Assembly (NCBI GenBank): GCA_025929715.1
Contig: JAICPS010000001.1
Span: 1 to 39,633, forward strand
From: Anaerolineae bacterium
GTDB lineage: Bacteria > Chloroflexota > Anaerolineae > Promineifilales > Promineifilaceae
Direction: 5' to 3'
Length of the DNA stretch: 39,633 bases
Shown: positions 1 through 10,618 of the stretch, in pieces
Layout of the letters: every line of letters starts with the position of its first letter
Numbering within the stretch: the first letter of the stretch is position 1
Translations under genes and position numbers: made by a program
The notes under the pieces: generated by a model
Told to the model about the DNA's origin: nothing
Seen by the model: only the letters and a program-made list of their open reading frames with translations
Databases searched by the model: none

Positions 1-392
1 ACCCACATTTCGGTCTTGCCCAGTTCGTTTCCCTCATGCGAGCGCGCATAGTCGTCGTTCGGATGGACTTGAACCGAAAGCTTGCGCTTAGCGTCCAATA
101 TCTTAATTAAGAGAGGGAACCTGTCCCGCTCAAGCGCCCATTCGCCAAGCGTACCGACGAGTGTAGGGCCTAAATCTCGATTCAATTGGGAAAGTGTTCT
201 TCCGGCGAAGGGTCCGTTAATCACCTCGACGTCGCCATTTGGATGGGCGGCGATTTCCCAGCTCTCGGCGATATTCTTCCCGGCTGGCAGGGCGCGTCCC
301 AGGCGGCTCTCCAGGTTGCGCCCGCCCCAGATGTAATCCTTCAGAACTGGCCTGAAGAGGAGGGGGTACAAAGATTTCGAATTACGATTCAT
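1..392 (-). CDS. manA: Mannose-6-phosphate isomerase, class I (N-terminal ~130 aa; gene continues beyond the window start)
   Basis: Absent from the ORF track because it runs off the edge. My minus-strand translation from the ATG at 392-390 reads [57 protein letters not shown]...[23 protein letters not shown]...ELGKTEMW. This matches the LYPL.F.P....IWGG / SWE / LS.QVHP pattern of bacterial type I phosphomannose isomerases. The ATG lies 11 nt inside the 3' end of glgB. Confidence 0.75.
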   Translation of the reverse strand, partial: MNRNSKSLYPLLFRPVLKDYIWGGRNLESRLGRALPAGKNIAESWEIAAHPNGDVEVINGPFAGRTLSQLNRDLGPTLVGTLGEWALERDRFPLLIKILDAKRKLSVQVHPNDDYARSHEGNELGKTEMW

Positions 393-2628
393 CTGTAACG
401 GCATCGCCTGAGTCCGTTATTTGGCTCTCAACGGGCGCCAGGTAAATGACGGCCAAGGGAGGCAGCGTTAATGAAATGGAATGCGGATAACCCTGCCGTG
501 GGGTGGGGGAGCTTGCAATGACGCTCCCATTTGATACGCCGCTACCACCATACTCTTCGCTATCCGTATTTAGGATTTCCTTGAAATTGGCCTCAACTGT
601 TACCGGAATGCGATAGTCGCGTCGCACGACGGGCGTGAAGTTGCAAACCACGACGATCATATCGAGACCATCGGCAGAATGACGGGCGAAGGCCAAAACG
701 CTATTCTGGCTATCACGAAAATCGAGCCATGTAAATCCTTCCCACGAAAAGTCCTCATTGTGCAGAGCCAGACGTTCAGCATACATTCTATTGAGATCGC
801 CAACTAGCTTCTGTAGTCCTCGATGTTTGGAGTCCTGCTGCAAAAGCTCCCAGTCTAGCGCCCGGTCTTCGCTCCACTCGCGCCACTGGCCAATTTCTCC
901 GCCCATGAATAACAATTTCTTTCCTGGATGGCCATATTGATAGGCGTAAAGCGCCCTGAGATTGGCAAACTTTCGCCACACATCGCCGGGCATCTTGTCC
1001 AACATGCTGCGTTTTAAATGGACCACTTCATCGTGTGAAAAGGGTAAAACGAAGCGTTCGGTAAAGGCGTAGAGCATCGAAAATGTTAGTGAGCTGTGGT
1101 GATATGAACGGTGAATAGGATCATTTGACATATAGCGGAGCGTATCGTGCATCCAACCCATGTTCCACTTTAGATCAAAGCCGAGCCCGCCTTTTTGTGT
1201 CTCGTTGGTCACGCCCCCCCAGGCTGTTGATTCTTCGGCTATTGTCAATACACCCGGAAACTGTTCGTGGACGCGGTCGTTAAAAGTACGCAGGAAATCA
1301 ATAGCCTCCAGATTTTCGCGACCTCCATAGCGATTAGCTATCCATTCACCTTCCTCCCTGGAAAAGTCAAGATATAGCATCGAGGCTACAGCATCGACCC
1401 GCAGACCGTCAATGTGGTACTTATCCAACCAGAAGAGTGCGTTACTTACCAGGAACTGGCGCACTTCATTGCGACCATAGTTAAAGATGTAGGTCCCCCA
1501 GTCAGGATGTTCGCCCTGACGAGGGTCGGCATGTTCGTAAAGATGTGTGCCGTCAAAGAAGCCAAGGCTGTGCTGATCCTTGGCGAAGTGGGCGGGTATC
1601 CAATCAAGGAGAACGCCGATACCTTCCTGATGACAGGCATCGACAAAGGCCATGAAATCGTCGGGCGTGCCGAAACGGCTGGTGGGGGCAAAGAATCCGG
1701 TAACCTGGTAACCCCACGAACCATCAAATGGATGTTCGGCAACGGGCAGCAATTCGATGTGCGTATAACCCATTTCTTTGACGTAGGGAATCAGTTCGTC
1801 TATTAAATCACGATATGTAAGCCATTCCCAACCGCTTTTCCGGCGCCATGACCCAAGGTGGACTTCGTATATGGCCATGGGCGCCGAGAACTGGTCAATC
1901 TCGCCTCGGCGGTCAATCCAGTCGGTGTCTTGCCAGTCATATTGGTTAAGATCCCACACGATCGACGCGGTTTTCGGTCGCATTTCGCTGTAAAAGCCGA
2001 CAGGGTCGCTCTTGGCAACCATGTATCCATGATAGCGCGTCTTTATCTCGTATTTGTAAAGCTCTCCTGTGCCTAGGCCGGGAAGAAAAAGCTCCCAGAT
2101 TCCGCTGTCGTGATGTAAGCGCATGGGGTGGCGACGCCCATCCCACTGGTTGAAATTACCAATGACGCTCACACGCGCGGCGCTCGGAGCCCAAACAGCG
2201 AAACGTACGCCATCTACCGCCTCGACGGTCATACGGTGAGCGCCTAGCTGCTCATAAATCCTGGCGTGTGTGCCTTCGGCCAACAGGTACTCATCGTAGT
2301 CGCTTAATGTAGGAGGAAACCGATAAGGATCTTCGTGTATCCGTGAATTTCCATCAAAGTCCATCCAACGCAACCGGTACAAAAGCGGAACCTTTGCTCG
2401 AGGGATAGCGGCTTCAAAAAATCCATCAGAGTGAACTCGGCTCATTTCTATCTCTTTACCGCTCTCCAGAAGCACCACCACTGACTGTACATTTGGTACA
2501 AACGCGCGTACGCTTAAGCCGCCATCCACCGGATGGGGTCCAAGTACAGAAAACGGATCGCCGTGATATGCGTTCACAATCGCTTCAATGGCGCTTGATG
2601 AAACCGTAGGTAGATCGAGATCTAACAT
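382..2628 (-). CDS. glgB: 1,4-alpha-glucan (glycogen) branching enzyme, GH13
   Basis: 748-aa ORF with the typical GlgB layout. Motifs include [29 protein letters not shown]...[32 protein letters not shown] and FVLP.SHDEVVH. Confidence 0.95.
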   Translation of the reverse strand: MLDLDLPTVSSSAIEAIVNAYHGDPFSVLGPHPVDGGLSVRAFVPNVQSVVVLLESGKEIEMSRVHSDGFFEAAIPRAKVPLLYRLRWMDFDGNSRIHEDPYRFPPTLSDYDEYLLAEGTHARIYEQLGAHRMTVEAVDGVRFAVWAPSAARVSVIGNFNQWDGRRHPMRLHHDSGIWELFLPGLGTGELYKYEIKTRYHGYMVAKSDPVGFYSEMRPKTASIVWDLNQYDWQDTDWIDRRGEIDQFSAPMAIYEVHLGSWRRKSGWEWLTYRDLIDELIPYVKEMGYTHIELLPVAEHPFDGSWGYQVTGFFAPTSRFGTPDDFMAFVDACHQEGIGVLLDWIPAHFAKDQHSLGFFDGTHLYEHADPRQGEHPDWGTYIFNYGRNEVRQFLVSNALFWLDKYHIDGLRVDAVASMLYLDFSREEGEWIANRYGGRENLEAIDFLRTFNDRVHEQFPGVLTIAEESTAWGGVTNETQKGGLGFDLKWNMGWMHDTLRYMSNDPIHRSYHHSSLTFSMLYAFTERFVLPFSHDEVVHLKRSMLDKMPGDVWRKFANLRALYAYQYGHPGKKLLFMGGEIGQWREWSEDRALDWELLQQDSKHRGLQKLVGDLNRMYAERLALHNEDFSWEGFTWLDFRDSQNSVLAFARHSADGLDMIVVVCNFTPVVRRDYRIPVTVEANFKEILNTDSEEYGGSGVSNGSVIASSPTPRQGYPHSISLTLPPLAVIYLAPVESQITDSGDAVTDES

Positions 2629-2861
2629 GAATCGTCCTTGTAGGAGATCAAAATTGGACGTATGCTCTGACGCCGGGTCAGAAGGAGTACTGTCGGTAGT
2701 ATGCCTGGATTCGACGAATGGGGCAATTGGCTCACTACCACACTCTTCATGTTTAGTTTAGCTAACATTGTTTAAATTAAGTATAGACTGTTTTGTAGCG
2801 GCATGACCCCTCCTCTTTGGCCCGTCTGCCAATTGGATGAAATCGAAGGAGAATGACCAAT

Positions 2862-5555
2862 ATGCCTGAAATGCCCAAGACCTATGATTTTTCTGCCACG
2901 GAAGAGCGCCTATATCGCTGGTGGGAGGAAAACGGCTGGTTCAGGCCGGAGGCACGCCCTGACAATGCGGAACCATTTGTCATATCCATCCCCCCGCCCA
3001 ACGTCACCGGCGAGCTGCACATGGGCCACGCCATGTTCGTTGCTCTTGAAGACTTGATGATTCGCCGCGCAAGAATGCAAGGATACGCTGCGCTGTGGGT
3101 ACCCGGTACAGACCATGCCGGTATTGCTACGCAACTTCAGGTAGAACGGCAACTTCGGGACGAAGGTACTTCGCGGCGCGAAGTTGGCCGGGAAGTGTTC
3201 CTGCGCCGGACCTGGGCCTGGAAAGAGAAGTATGGTGGCTACATAACCCGGCAGTTGCGGCGCCTCGGCGCCTCTTGCGATTGGACCCGCGAACGCTTCA
3301 CATTAGACGAAGGCCTGAACCGAGCGGTAAATGAGGCATTTGTTCGCCTTTACCGCATGGGTCTGATTTACCGCGGCGAATATCTGGTGAACTGGTCACC
3401 GGGTTTGCAAACGGCCGTCTCGGATCTGGAAGTCGAGTACAGCGAGGAAGCGGGCTACCTATACTATTTCAACTATCCGGTAGCGGGTGGCGACCATATC
3501 GCGGTGGCAACGACGCGGCCCGAGACGATTCTCGGCGACACCGCTATTGCCGTACACCCCGACGACGAACGTTACCACGATTTGATCGGTAAGAGTGCAT
3601 TCGTGCCGATTCTCGGACGGGAGATACCTATCATCGCCGACGAATACGTTGACATGAGCTTCGGTACGGGGGCGCTGAAAATCACACCGGGCCATGACCC
3701 CAATGACTTTGAAATTGGGCGTAAGCACAACCTGCCTATCATCAACGTGATGAATCGTGACGCGACCATGAATGGTGCGGCAGGTCCCTATGCCGGCCTT
3801 GACCGTTTTGAAGCTAGACAGCGTTTTTGGGCTGACATGGAGGCGCAGGGCCTCACACTGCGCCAGGAACCGTACACGTTAAATGTCCCACGCAGCCAGC
3901 GTGGAGGTGAAGTCGTAGAACCTCTGGTCAGCAAACAGTGGTTTGTTAGCGCCGAACCCATGGCGCAACTGGCTTTGGAAGCTGTTGAAAGCGGACGAGT
4001 AAGAATTGTGCCTGAAAGGTTCAATAAGGTTTGGCAGAACTGGTTAGAAAATATTCGGCCTTGGTGCATCAGCCGGCAGTTGTGGTGGGGACATCGCATT
4101 CCGGTGTGGTACGTCGATGGCAATGAAGGCCAGTTTGTCGTTGCCCACAGTGAGGCAGATGCGCATAGGCTGGCGCACCGGCATTATGGCGAGGATATAC
4201 AACTTGTGCAGGATCCAGATGTGTTGGACACATGGTTTTCGAGCGCCCTCTGGCCATTCAGCACACTTGGATGGCCAGAGGAAACCGCAGACCTACGCAG
4301 GTTTTACCCGACAGACGTAATGGAGACCGGGTATGACATACTTTTTTTCTGGGTAGCGCGTATGGTCATGACCGGCACGCTTTTCACGAACGACGTGCCC
4401 TTTCACACCATTTATTTGCACGGTCTGGTTCGGGATGAACATGGTCGCAAGATGAGTAAGACGGCTGGAAACGTGGTGGATCCACTGGAGGTGATCGATG
4501 CCTATGGTACCGATGCCCTACGCTTCACACTGCTCACCGGTGGTTCGCCAGGCAATGACCTCAATCTGTCCCTGGACAAGGTTGGCAGCAACCGCAATTT
4601 TGCCAATAAGATCTGGAATCTTACGCGCTTCATTGTCAAGAACTTGGAGCAGGTCCGCGTTACCGACGTCCCTGCTGCCTCAGAGAGGCCGGAACTAACG
4701 GTTGCAGATAGCTGGATCATGACCCGATTGACGATGACGATAGAAAGTGTGGACCGTTTGCTGGATGGCTATTACTTCGGCGAAGCGGGACGGCAGATTT
4801 ATGATTTTCTTTGGGGTGATTTTGCTGACTGGTACGTCGAGATCGCCAAAGTGCAGTTAGATCGGGGCGGACCACGTGCGTGGCAGACGCTGTCAATTTT
4901 ATACGAGGTACTAGATGCCGGTCTGCGTCTGCTCCACCCTTTCATTCCTTTTGTGACGGAGGAAACCTGGCAGCAACTGCAGCATGCGTTTGGCGAAGCC
5001 AGCTTAAATATTGTTCCCGATTCTGTACGGGAACCAGCGCTGATCGTCGCCCAATGGCCGCGGCCCGGAAAAACGTATGAGGGAGACGCAGCGAACTTCG
5101 AGCGCTTGCGTGAACTCGTGGGGCATATTCGATCGACCCGCGCGGAGTATGATGTGCCGGCCGGCAAACAGGTCGAGGCCTTCATAGCCGCTGGCGCGCT
5201 GGCGCCGTTTCTGGAAGCGCAGCGTGATGCGCTGGTCTTCCTGGCGCGACTTGACGGCGAGCGCCTAACGATCGCAAGCGATCTTCCCGCGCCAGAGCAG
5301 GTTGTCACCATTTCGCTTGGCGATCTTACTTGTTACCTGCCCCTAGCAGGCATGGTCGACGTGGATCAAGAGCGGCAGCGGCTTGAAGGTGAGACGAGGG
5401 AAGTTGACCAACAGATTGCCCGGCTACAGGATCTTCTGAATGGGCCGTTCGCCCAAAAGGCGCCAGCAGAGATTGTGGCGCAAGAGCGGAAAAAGCTGCA
5501 GCGCTTCGAAGCACAAAAGTCGGAGCTTGCAGCGCGTCTGGCTGATTTGAGATAA
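2862..5555 (+). CDS. valS: Valine--tRNA ligase
   Basis: Class I aaRS motifs: PPPNVTGELHMGHA (HIGH) and KMSKTAGN (KMSKS). A C-terminal coiled coil is present (QERQRLEGETREVDQQIARLQ). The ORF opens at ATG 2853, but AGGAG at 2847-2851 is only 1 nt from it and 10 nt from ATG 2862, so I prefer 2862. The start remains uncertain between 2853 and 2862. Confidence 0.93.
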   Translation: MPEMPKTYDFSATEERLYRWWEENGWFRPEARPDNAEPFVISIPPPNVTGELHMGHAMFVALEDLMIRRARMQGYAALWVPGTDHAGIATQLQVERQLRDEGTSRREVGREVFLRRTWAWKEKYGGYITRQLRRLGASCDWTRERFTLDEGLNRAVNEAFVRLYRMGLIYRGEYLVNWSPGLQTAVSDLEVEYSEEAGYLYYFNYPVAGGDHIAVATTRPETILGDTAIAVHPDDERYHDLIGKSAFVPILGREIPIIADEYVDMSFGTGALKITPGHDPNDFEIGRKHNLPIINVMNRDATMNGAAGPYAGLDRFEARQRFWADMEAQGLTLRQEPYTLNVPRSQRGGEVVEPLVSKQWFVSAEPMAQLALEAVESGRVRIVPERFNKVWQNWLENIRPWCISRQLWWGHRIPVWYVDGNEGQFVVAHSEADAHRLAHRHYGEDIQLVQDPDVLDTWFSSALWPFSTLGWPEETADLRRFYPTDVMETGYDILFFWVARMVMTGTLFTNDVPFHTIYLHGLVRDEHGRKMSKTAGNVVDPLEVIDAYGTDALRFTLLTGGSPGNDLNLSLDKVGSNRNFANKIWNLTRFIVKNLEQVRVTDVPAASERPELTVADSWIMTRLTMTIESVDRLLDGYYFGEAGRQIYDFLWGDFADWYVEIAKVQLDRGGPRAWQTLSILYEVLDAGLRLLHPFIPFVTEETWQQLQHAFGEASLNIVPDSVREPALIVAQWPRPGKTYEGDAANFERLRELVGHIRSTRAEYDVPAGKQVEAFIAAGALAPFLEAQRDALVFLARLDGERLTIASDLPAPEQVVTISLGDLTCYLPLAGMVDVDQERQRLEGETREVDQQIARLQDLLNGPFAQKAPAEIVAQERKKLQRFEAQKSELAARLADLR

Positions 5556-5668
5556 TCATCATCAGAAGCTACAATGCCCCTGTTTCAACTTGTCCTGGCT
5601 TCAAGCCACCACATCGTCAATAGGCCCATCGTTCGGCCCATATCCAACTTCCGAAGAGGATCTTCGAA

Positions 5669-8134
5669 ATGGCAACACCCCAATCCCTGAGTGCGGAACA
5701 ACTTTTCCAGCGAACGAATCCTGAACAGTTCAATTTTGACACAACGGCTAATCTCGACGGGCCGGTCACTGTTGTAGGGCAGGAGCGCGCCCTCGATGCA
5801 GTGCGCTTCGGTATCGGCATTCAGCAAAAAGGTTACAATCTTTATGCCCTCGGCCCCCATGGTTTGGGAAAATATGATGTAATAAGCCGCTTCATAGAAG
5901 AACGCGCGGGAGAAATGCCTATCCCCTCGGATTGGTGCTACGTTCACAACTTTGATCAGTCGTACAAGCCCCGTGCCCTTGAATTACCCGCCGGACGCGG
6001 CGTCCAGCTACGCGACGACATGGCACAGCTCCTGGAGGAGCTGCAAGCTGTCCTACCGGCTGCCTTTGAAAGTGAAGAGTATCACGCCCAGCGCCAGGCC
6101 ATCGAAGAAGAACTTAAGGAGCGACAAGAAAGCTCATTTGAAGAGCTGAAGAATAAAGCTCAGGAACGTAATATCGCCCTCGTCCAGACCCCTTCAGGAC
6201 TGGCTTTTGCCCCCATGCGTGAGGGTGAAGTGATCAATCCCAAAGATTTCCTCAGCATGCCTGAATTGGAGCAGAAGCAGGTGCAGGGTGAAGTTGAGGG
6301 TTTGCAGGAAGAGCTCCAACGCATCATGCGCCAGATGCCGCAGTGGCAAAAAGAGACGCGAGATCGCGTTAAAGAGCTGAAAAGAGAGGTGGCAACGTTC
6401 ACAGTAGCACCTCTGTTCGAGGAACTCAATAATAAGTACGCCGATTTGTCAGAAGTTGTTCGTTACCTGGAAAATGTGCAGGCGCACGTCATCGAGAATG
6501 TAGATAATTTCCTGCAGAAGAATTCTGACGAAGAGAATCCGCTGGCAGCGATGATGCGCGGACAGCGCGCTACGAGCCAACCGCCCTCCTTCGTCGAATA
6601 TGAAGTGAATTTGTTGGTCGACAACAGCAAGAGCGAAGGTGCACCTGTTATCTACATCGAGTTACCCACCTATCAGAATCTCATTGGCCGCGCGGAGCAC
6701 ATTTCGCAGATGGGTGCGCTGCTTACGAACTTCACGCTCATAAAACCTGGCGCATTACACGAAGCCAACGGTGGGTACCTAATTCTCGACGCGCTCAAGC
6801 TACTTCAACAACCATACGCCTGGGATGGGTTAAAACGAGCGCTGCGTACCCGAGAAGTAACAATAGAGTCGCTCGGCCAGATGTATAGCTTGATCAGCAC
6901 GGTCTCATTGGAACCCGAGCCAATTCCGCTAGATATCAAGGTCGTCCTCCTTGGTGAACGCCTGCTCTACTATCTACTATCGCAGCACGATCCTGAATTT
7001 GGCGAACTGTTCAAAGTGATGGCCGATTTCGATGACGAGATGGAGCGCAACGCAGAGAACAGCCTCGCCATGGCTCGGCTTATTGCTTCCCTCGTCCAAC
7101 GCGACGAATTACGCCACTTTGATCGAGGGGCAGTAGCGCGTATTCTCGAGTACAGCGCGAGAGAGGTGAGCGATAAAGAACGGCTGACAACGCACCTTGA
7201 AAAGATCACGGACCTGCTGCGCGAGGCGAATTATTGGGCCGGAGAAGCGGGTCGTGATGTTGTCGGGGCGCAAGACGTGCAACGGAGTATTGACGAGCAG
7301 GTAAGGCGCGCCAGCCGGCTCCGCGAGCGCATGCAGGAATCAATTCTACGCGACGTCGTCTTCATCGACACAACAGGCGAGGCCACCGGGCAAATAAACG
7401 GCCTTTCTGTGATTAGCGTGGGTAGTTACATGTTTGGCCGCCCAAGCAGAATAACTGTCCGTGTGCAGATGGGAAAGGGTGAAGTGATTGATATCGAACG
7501 GCGTGTCGAACTAGGTGGCCCTATTCACTCCAAGGGCGTGTTCATTCTCTCCGGATTTCTCGGCAGTCGTTATGCGACGGACCGGCCGCTTTCACTGTCG
7601 GCCAGTATCGTGTTCGAACAGTCATATGCCGGCGTCGAAGGAGACAGCGCTTCATCTGCCGAGCTATATGCGCTACTTTCAGCCCTCGCCGAAGTGCCCA
7701 TCAAGCAGTCATTTGCCATCACAGGTTCCGTAAATCAGCATGGGCAAGTGCAGGCGATTGGCGGCGTGAATGAGAAAATTGAAGGTTTTTTTGACATCTG
7801 CAAGGCACGGGGTCTCACAGGCGAGCAAGGCGTGCTCATTCCGGATTCCAACGTACACAATCTAATGCTGCGCGACGACGTGCGTGAGGCAGTCGCTGCC
7901 GGGCAATTCAGCGTCTACGCGGTGTCCCATATTGATGAAGGCATCGAAATTCTGACTGGGATTGCCGCTGGCGAACTGCAAGAGGACGGATCGTATCCGA
8001 AGGGCACGATAAATTATAGGATTGTGCAGCGTATCGACGAGATGGCCGAACGTCTGCGAACGTACAATACGCCCGCCCCCCAGGATTCTGAGGACGGGCG
8101 CGATCAGAGCCGCGGAGCGCACGAAGAAGAATGA
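5669..8134 (+). CDS. Lon-like protease with degenerate AAA+ motifs and a coiled-coil insertion (LonC-like)
   Basis: The C-terminal Lon S16 protease domain carries GDSASSAELYALLSAL (Ser) and GGVNEKIEGF (Lys). The N-terminal AAA-like module reads GPHGLGKY where Walker A GK[ST] is expected. It reads GGYLILDALKL where Walker B hhhhDE is expected. A charged coiled-coil insert of about 140 aa spans roughly aa 130-270. Confidence 0.8.
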   Translation: MATPQSLSAEQLFQRTNPEQFNFDTTANLDGPVTVVGQERALDAVRFGIGIQQKGYNLYALGPHGLGKYDVISRFIEERAGEMPIPSDWCYVHNFDQSYKPRALELPAGRGVQLRDDMAQLLEELQAVLPAAFESEEYHAQRQAIEEELKERQESSFEELKNKAQERNIALVQTPSGLAFAPMREGEVINPKDFLSMPELEQKQVQGEVEGLQEELQRIMRQMPQWQKETRDRVKELKREVATFTVAPLFEELNNKYADLSEVVRYLENVQAHVIENVDNFLQKNSDEENPLAAMMRGQRATSQPPSFVEYEVNLLVDNSKSEGAPVIYIELPTYQNLIGRAEHISQMGALLTNFTLIKPGALHEANGGYLILDALKLLQQPYAWDGLKRALRTREVTIESLGQMYSLISTVSLEPEPIPLDIKVVLLGERLLYYLLSQHDPEFGELFKVMADFDDEMERNAENSLAMARLIASLVQRDELRHFDRGAVARILEYSAREVSDKERLTTHLEKITDLLREANYWAGEAGRDVVGAQDVQRSIDEQVRRASRLRERMQESILRDVVFIDTTGEATGQINGLSVISVGSYMFGRPSRITVRVQMGKGEVIDIERRVELGGPIHSKGVFILSGFLGSRYATDRPLSLSASIVFEQSYAGVEGDSASSAELYALLSALAEVPIKQSFAITGSVNQHGQVQAIGGVNEKIEGFFDICKARGLTGEQGVLIPDSNVHNLMLRDDVREAVAAGQFSVYAVSHIDEGIEILTGIAAGELQEDGSYPKGTINYRIVQRIDEMAERLRTYNTPAPQDSEDGRDQSRGAHEEE

Positions 8135-8147
8135 CGAGACTAATGAT

Positions 8148-9020
8148 ATGAGCGATGAAGAACAGGACCAGAAAGTTGAGGAGACCGGGGAGTTAGTTAT
8201 AAATCGCATCCTGGTCGCGTTGGATAATTCCACGCACAGCATTGCGGCGCTTGAAGCCGCCGCCCGCCTCGCAGCAACCATGCAAGCGGAATTAATGGGT
8301 CTCTTTGTGGAAGACGTTAACCTGCTGCGTTTGGCAGCCCTGCCTCTTGCAAAAGAAGTGACGTGGCCATCTTCAGCGCGTCGCTCGCTTGACGAAGCGC
8401 GTATGGCGCGCGAACTACATATTTTGGCGTCACAGGCTCGGCGGGCGCTTGCCATCGCTGCCGAACAGGCCGAAGCAGAATGGACGTTTCGGGTGGTGCG
8501 CGGTACCGTCGCCGAAGAAGTTTTAAATGCAGCTCTGGAAGCAGATTTGCTGTCATTAGGCCGCGCCAGCCGTCCGCTTACCAGAAGAGTGCGGCTCGGT
8601 TCGACGGCGCAGGCCGCGGCAGCGCGGTCTGGACGTCCCGTATTTCTGGCGCGCAGGGGAGCCAATCCAGAGCTACCCACTGTTGTCACCTATGACGGCT
8701 CACGGGTTGGCGCCCGGGTACTCGCAGCAGCTGCTCGTATGGCGCAGGCAAACGACAGCAATATCATCGTTCTGATTATGGCGGATGATGCTGACCAGGC
8801 GCCGCAACTTGCCGAGGAGGCTAATAGATGGCTCAAGGACAGGGTCGCTCATGCAGAATATCGATTCCTTCCGATAGACGGTGAGGAAAGCGTCCTCGAA
8901 GTCCTCAAGCAAGAACGATGTGGGCTGGTTGTCCTTGGCGGCGAGACTCATTCGCTTCAAGGGCCGCGGCTCAACGCTATGCTTGACGAGCTAGACTGTC
9001 CGGTCATGCTTGTCAGGTGA
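8148..9020 (+). CDS. Universal stress protein family protein (two USP-like halves)
   Basis: The halves begin RILVALDNSTHSIAALEAAARLA... and TVVTYDGSRVGARVLAAAARMA..., and the protein ends GLVVLGGETHS...LDELDCPVMLVR. I trimmed the track ORF (8022) to M43 at 8148. The upstream part overlaps the Lon-like CDS, whose stop is at 8132-8134. Confidence 0.7.
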   Translation: MSDEEQDQKVEETGELVINRILVALDNSTHSIAALEAAARLAATMQAELMGLFVEDVNLLRLAALPLAKEVTWPSSARRSLDEARMARELHILASQARRALAIAAEQAEAEWTFRVVRGTVAEEVLNAALEADLLSLGRASRPLTRRVRLGSTAQAAAARSGRPVFLARRGANPELPTVVTYDGSRVGARVLAAAARMAQANDSNIIVLIMADDADQAPQLAEEANRWLKDRVAHAEYRFLPIDGEESVLEVLKQERCGLVVLGGETHSLQGPRLNAMLDELDCPVMLVR

Positions 9021-9190
9021 ACTATAGGACCAGCGATCGTCCGCGGTAGATTGTCCAAGCTATGAAGATTCACTGAGAAAGCAGGGGCGCCCTAACGGCG
9101 TTTTACCTGGGTTCGTTCCTTCTGCGCTATAATTCCGACTCTGAATAAAGATGCACAATCTAGAACTATTCTTCTTATAAAAAACTGCTT

Positions 9191-10555
9191 ATGCGCAGAC
9201 GTTGGTTGCTTGTCGTTCTTCTGATCGCCATTCTTGCCGGTGCCACCTCACTATGGCAGCTACCGTCGCTTCTCACGGCTATTCCCAGCCGCTATGTGGC
9301 GCGGCTACCGGCACCGATTCAAACGCTTGGCGCTCGTGAACACATCGAGGTACTACCCACCGCGGCGATAAGTAGCGATATTGATCAGATTTTGGCTCCA
9401 GATTTGGAGGATTCTTCGTCGCAGGCAACCACCAATCCAGTTCCGCCAACGCCAACACCGCCGCCGACGATAGGCGGGCGCGCGACCGTTGAAACGGAGA
9501 ATACTCCTACCGCAACTACAATACCCTCTGCAACCCCCACTGCCCCCCCTACCTCAACGCCCGTCGCTCTGCCATCGGCTCAACATTTAGCCGGCGTAGA
9601 GCACCGCATCCAAACCTGGAATAATTGTGGGCCGGCGACGCTGTCCATGGCGCTATCCTATTTCGACCTGCCGCACACGCAGGAGCAGATCGCCGCTGTG
9701 ATGAAACCTGATCCCGAAGATCGCAACGTTACGCCCGAAGAAATGGAGCTCTACGTCACCGAGAATACTGGGTTGTCTGCCCTCAATCGCACCAACGGTA
9801 ATTTGCAGACGCTGCGCCACTTACTCAGCGAAAATATCCCGGTAATCATTGAGTATGGGCTTGAACCTGAGAACGAATATCGCTGGTTGGAATGGATGGG
9901 TCATTATTTGTTGGTCGTAGCCTATGATGACGAGAAGCAATCGGTGTGGGTGTATGACTCCTGGCCGCGCACCGGCGAAATTCCCGACGAGAACTTTGTA
10001 TTCGAAGAGCTGGAAATCAGCTACGAAGAGCTGGATCGCAACTGGCGACAGTTCAACCGAAACTATATCGCGCTCTTTGAGCCGTTCCAGGCTGAAGTCG
10101 TAGCCAAGATCGTTGGCGAGGATATGGACGATACCGTCATGTGGCGCAATGCACTTCAGACGGTCCAACTTGAGCTTTACCAGGAAGAAGACAACGCCTT
10201 CCTGTGGTTCAACCTGGGAACAGTATTCAACGCTATGGGCGAGTATGAGCGCGCAGCTGCTGCCTTTGACCAGGCGCGCTCCATCGGACTCCCCTGGCGT
10301 ATGCTGTGGTATCAGTTTGGACCCTATGAAGCCTATTATCAGACCGCGCGATACGATGACGTAATCCTACTGGCCGACGTCACGCTAAAAGATCGGCCTT
10401 ATTTTGAAGAGTCATATTATTACAAGGCGCTGGCGCAGATTGAGCTTGGCGACGTCGAACAGGCTCGCGAAAACTTACAGAGAGCGGTCGACTTTAATCC
10501 AAACTTCATGCCGGCAAGTACGGCTCTAGAAGAGCTAGAACTGGCCAGCAATTGA
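9191..10555 (+). CDS. Membrane-anchored C39-like cysteine peptidase domain protein with C-terminal TPR repeats
   Basis: N-terminal TM helix (RRRWLLVVLLIAILAGA) followed by a Pro/Thr-rich linker. Putative Cys nucleophile in QTWNNCGPATLSMALSYF and His in MGHYLLVVAYDD. TPR-like C-terminus (AFLWFNLGTVFNAMGEYERAAAAFDQA...YYYKALAQIELGDVEQA). Confidence 0.7.
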   Translation: MRRRWLLVVLLIAILAGATSLWQLPSLLTAIPSRYVARLPAPIQTLGAREHIEVLPTAAISSDIDQILAPDLEDSSSQATTNPVPPTPTPPPTIGGRATVETENTPTATTIPSATPTAPPTSTPVALPSAQHLAGVEHRIQTWNNCGPATLSMALSYFDLPHTQEQIAAVMKPDPEDRNVTPEEMELYVTENTGLSALNRTNGNLQTLRHLLSENIPVIIEYGLEPENEYRWLEWMGHYLLVVAYDDEKQSVWVYDSWPRTGEIPDENFVFEELEISYEELDRNWRQFNRNYIALFEPFQAEVVAKIVGEDMDDTVMWRNALQTVQLELYQEEDNAFLWFNLGTVFNAMGEYERAAAAFDQARSIGLPWRMLWYQFGPYEAYYQTARYDDVILLADVTLKDRPYFEESYYYKALAQIELGDVEQARENLQRAVDFNPNFMPASTALEELELASN

Positions 10556-10618
10556 GACGCCCTTACGGACCTCTGCTTGCACTATACAAACAGAGTAGTC
10601 CATCCATGAGGCATACCC

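Noticed and set aside
82-398. Two plus-strand ORFs (82..336 and 186..398) at the window start
   Set aside because: They are antisense to a minus-strand reading frame that translates into an unmistakable class I mannose-6-phosphate isomerase N-terminus.
2629-2852. Possible T-box or other riboswitch leader upstream of valS
   Set aside because: I could not find the T-box consensus (AA..GGGTGGTACCGCG-like) or a specifier/terminator arrangement. Only a small hairpin (CTGAC-GCCGG-GTCAG at about 2668-2682) is present. The region is also the divergent promoter region for glgB.
5669-8134. Lon-like protease as BrxL of a BREX phage-defence system
   Set aside because: No PglX methyltransferase, PglZ, BrxA/B/C or other defence genes lie nearby. 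The neighbours are valS and a USP protein. The coiled-coil insertion and dead Walker motifs fit the LonC type better.
8022-8147. Longer start for the USP gene (track ORF from 8022)
   Set aside because: It overlaps 113 nt of the Lon-like CDS. The extension is Arg-rich and unlike USP N-termini. ATG 8148 follows the Lon stop by 13 nt.
7862-8689. 275-aa minus-strand ORF spanning the Lon-like/USP junction
   Set aside because: It is a low-complexity Ala/Ser/Arg-rich translation, antisense to two well-supported genes, with no start context.
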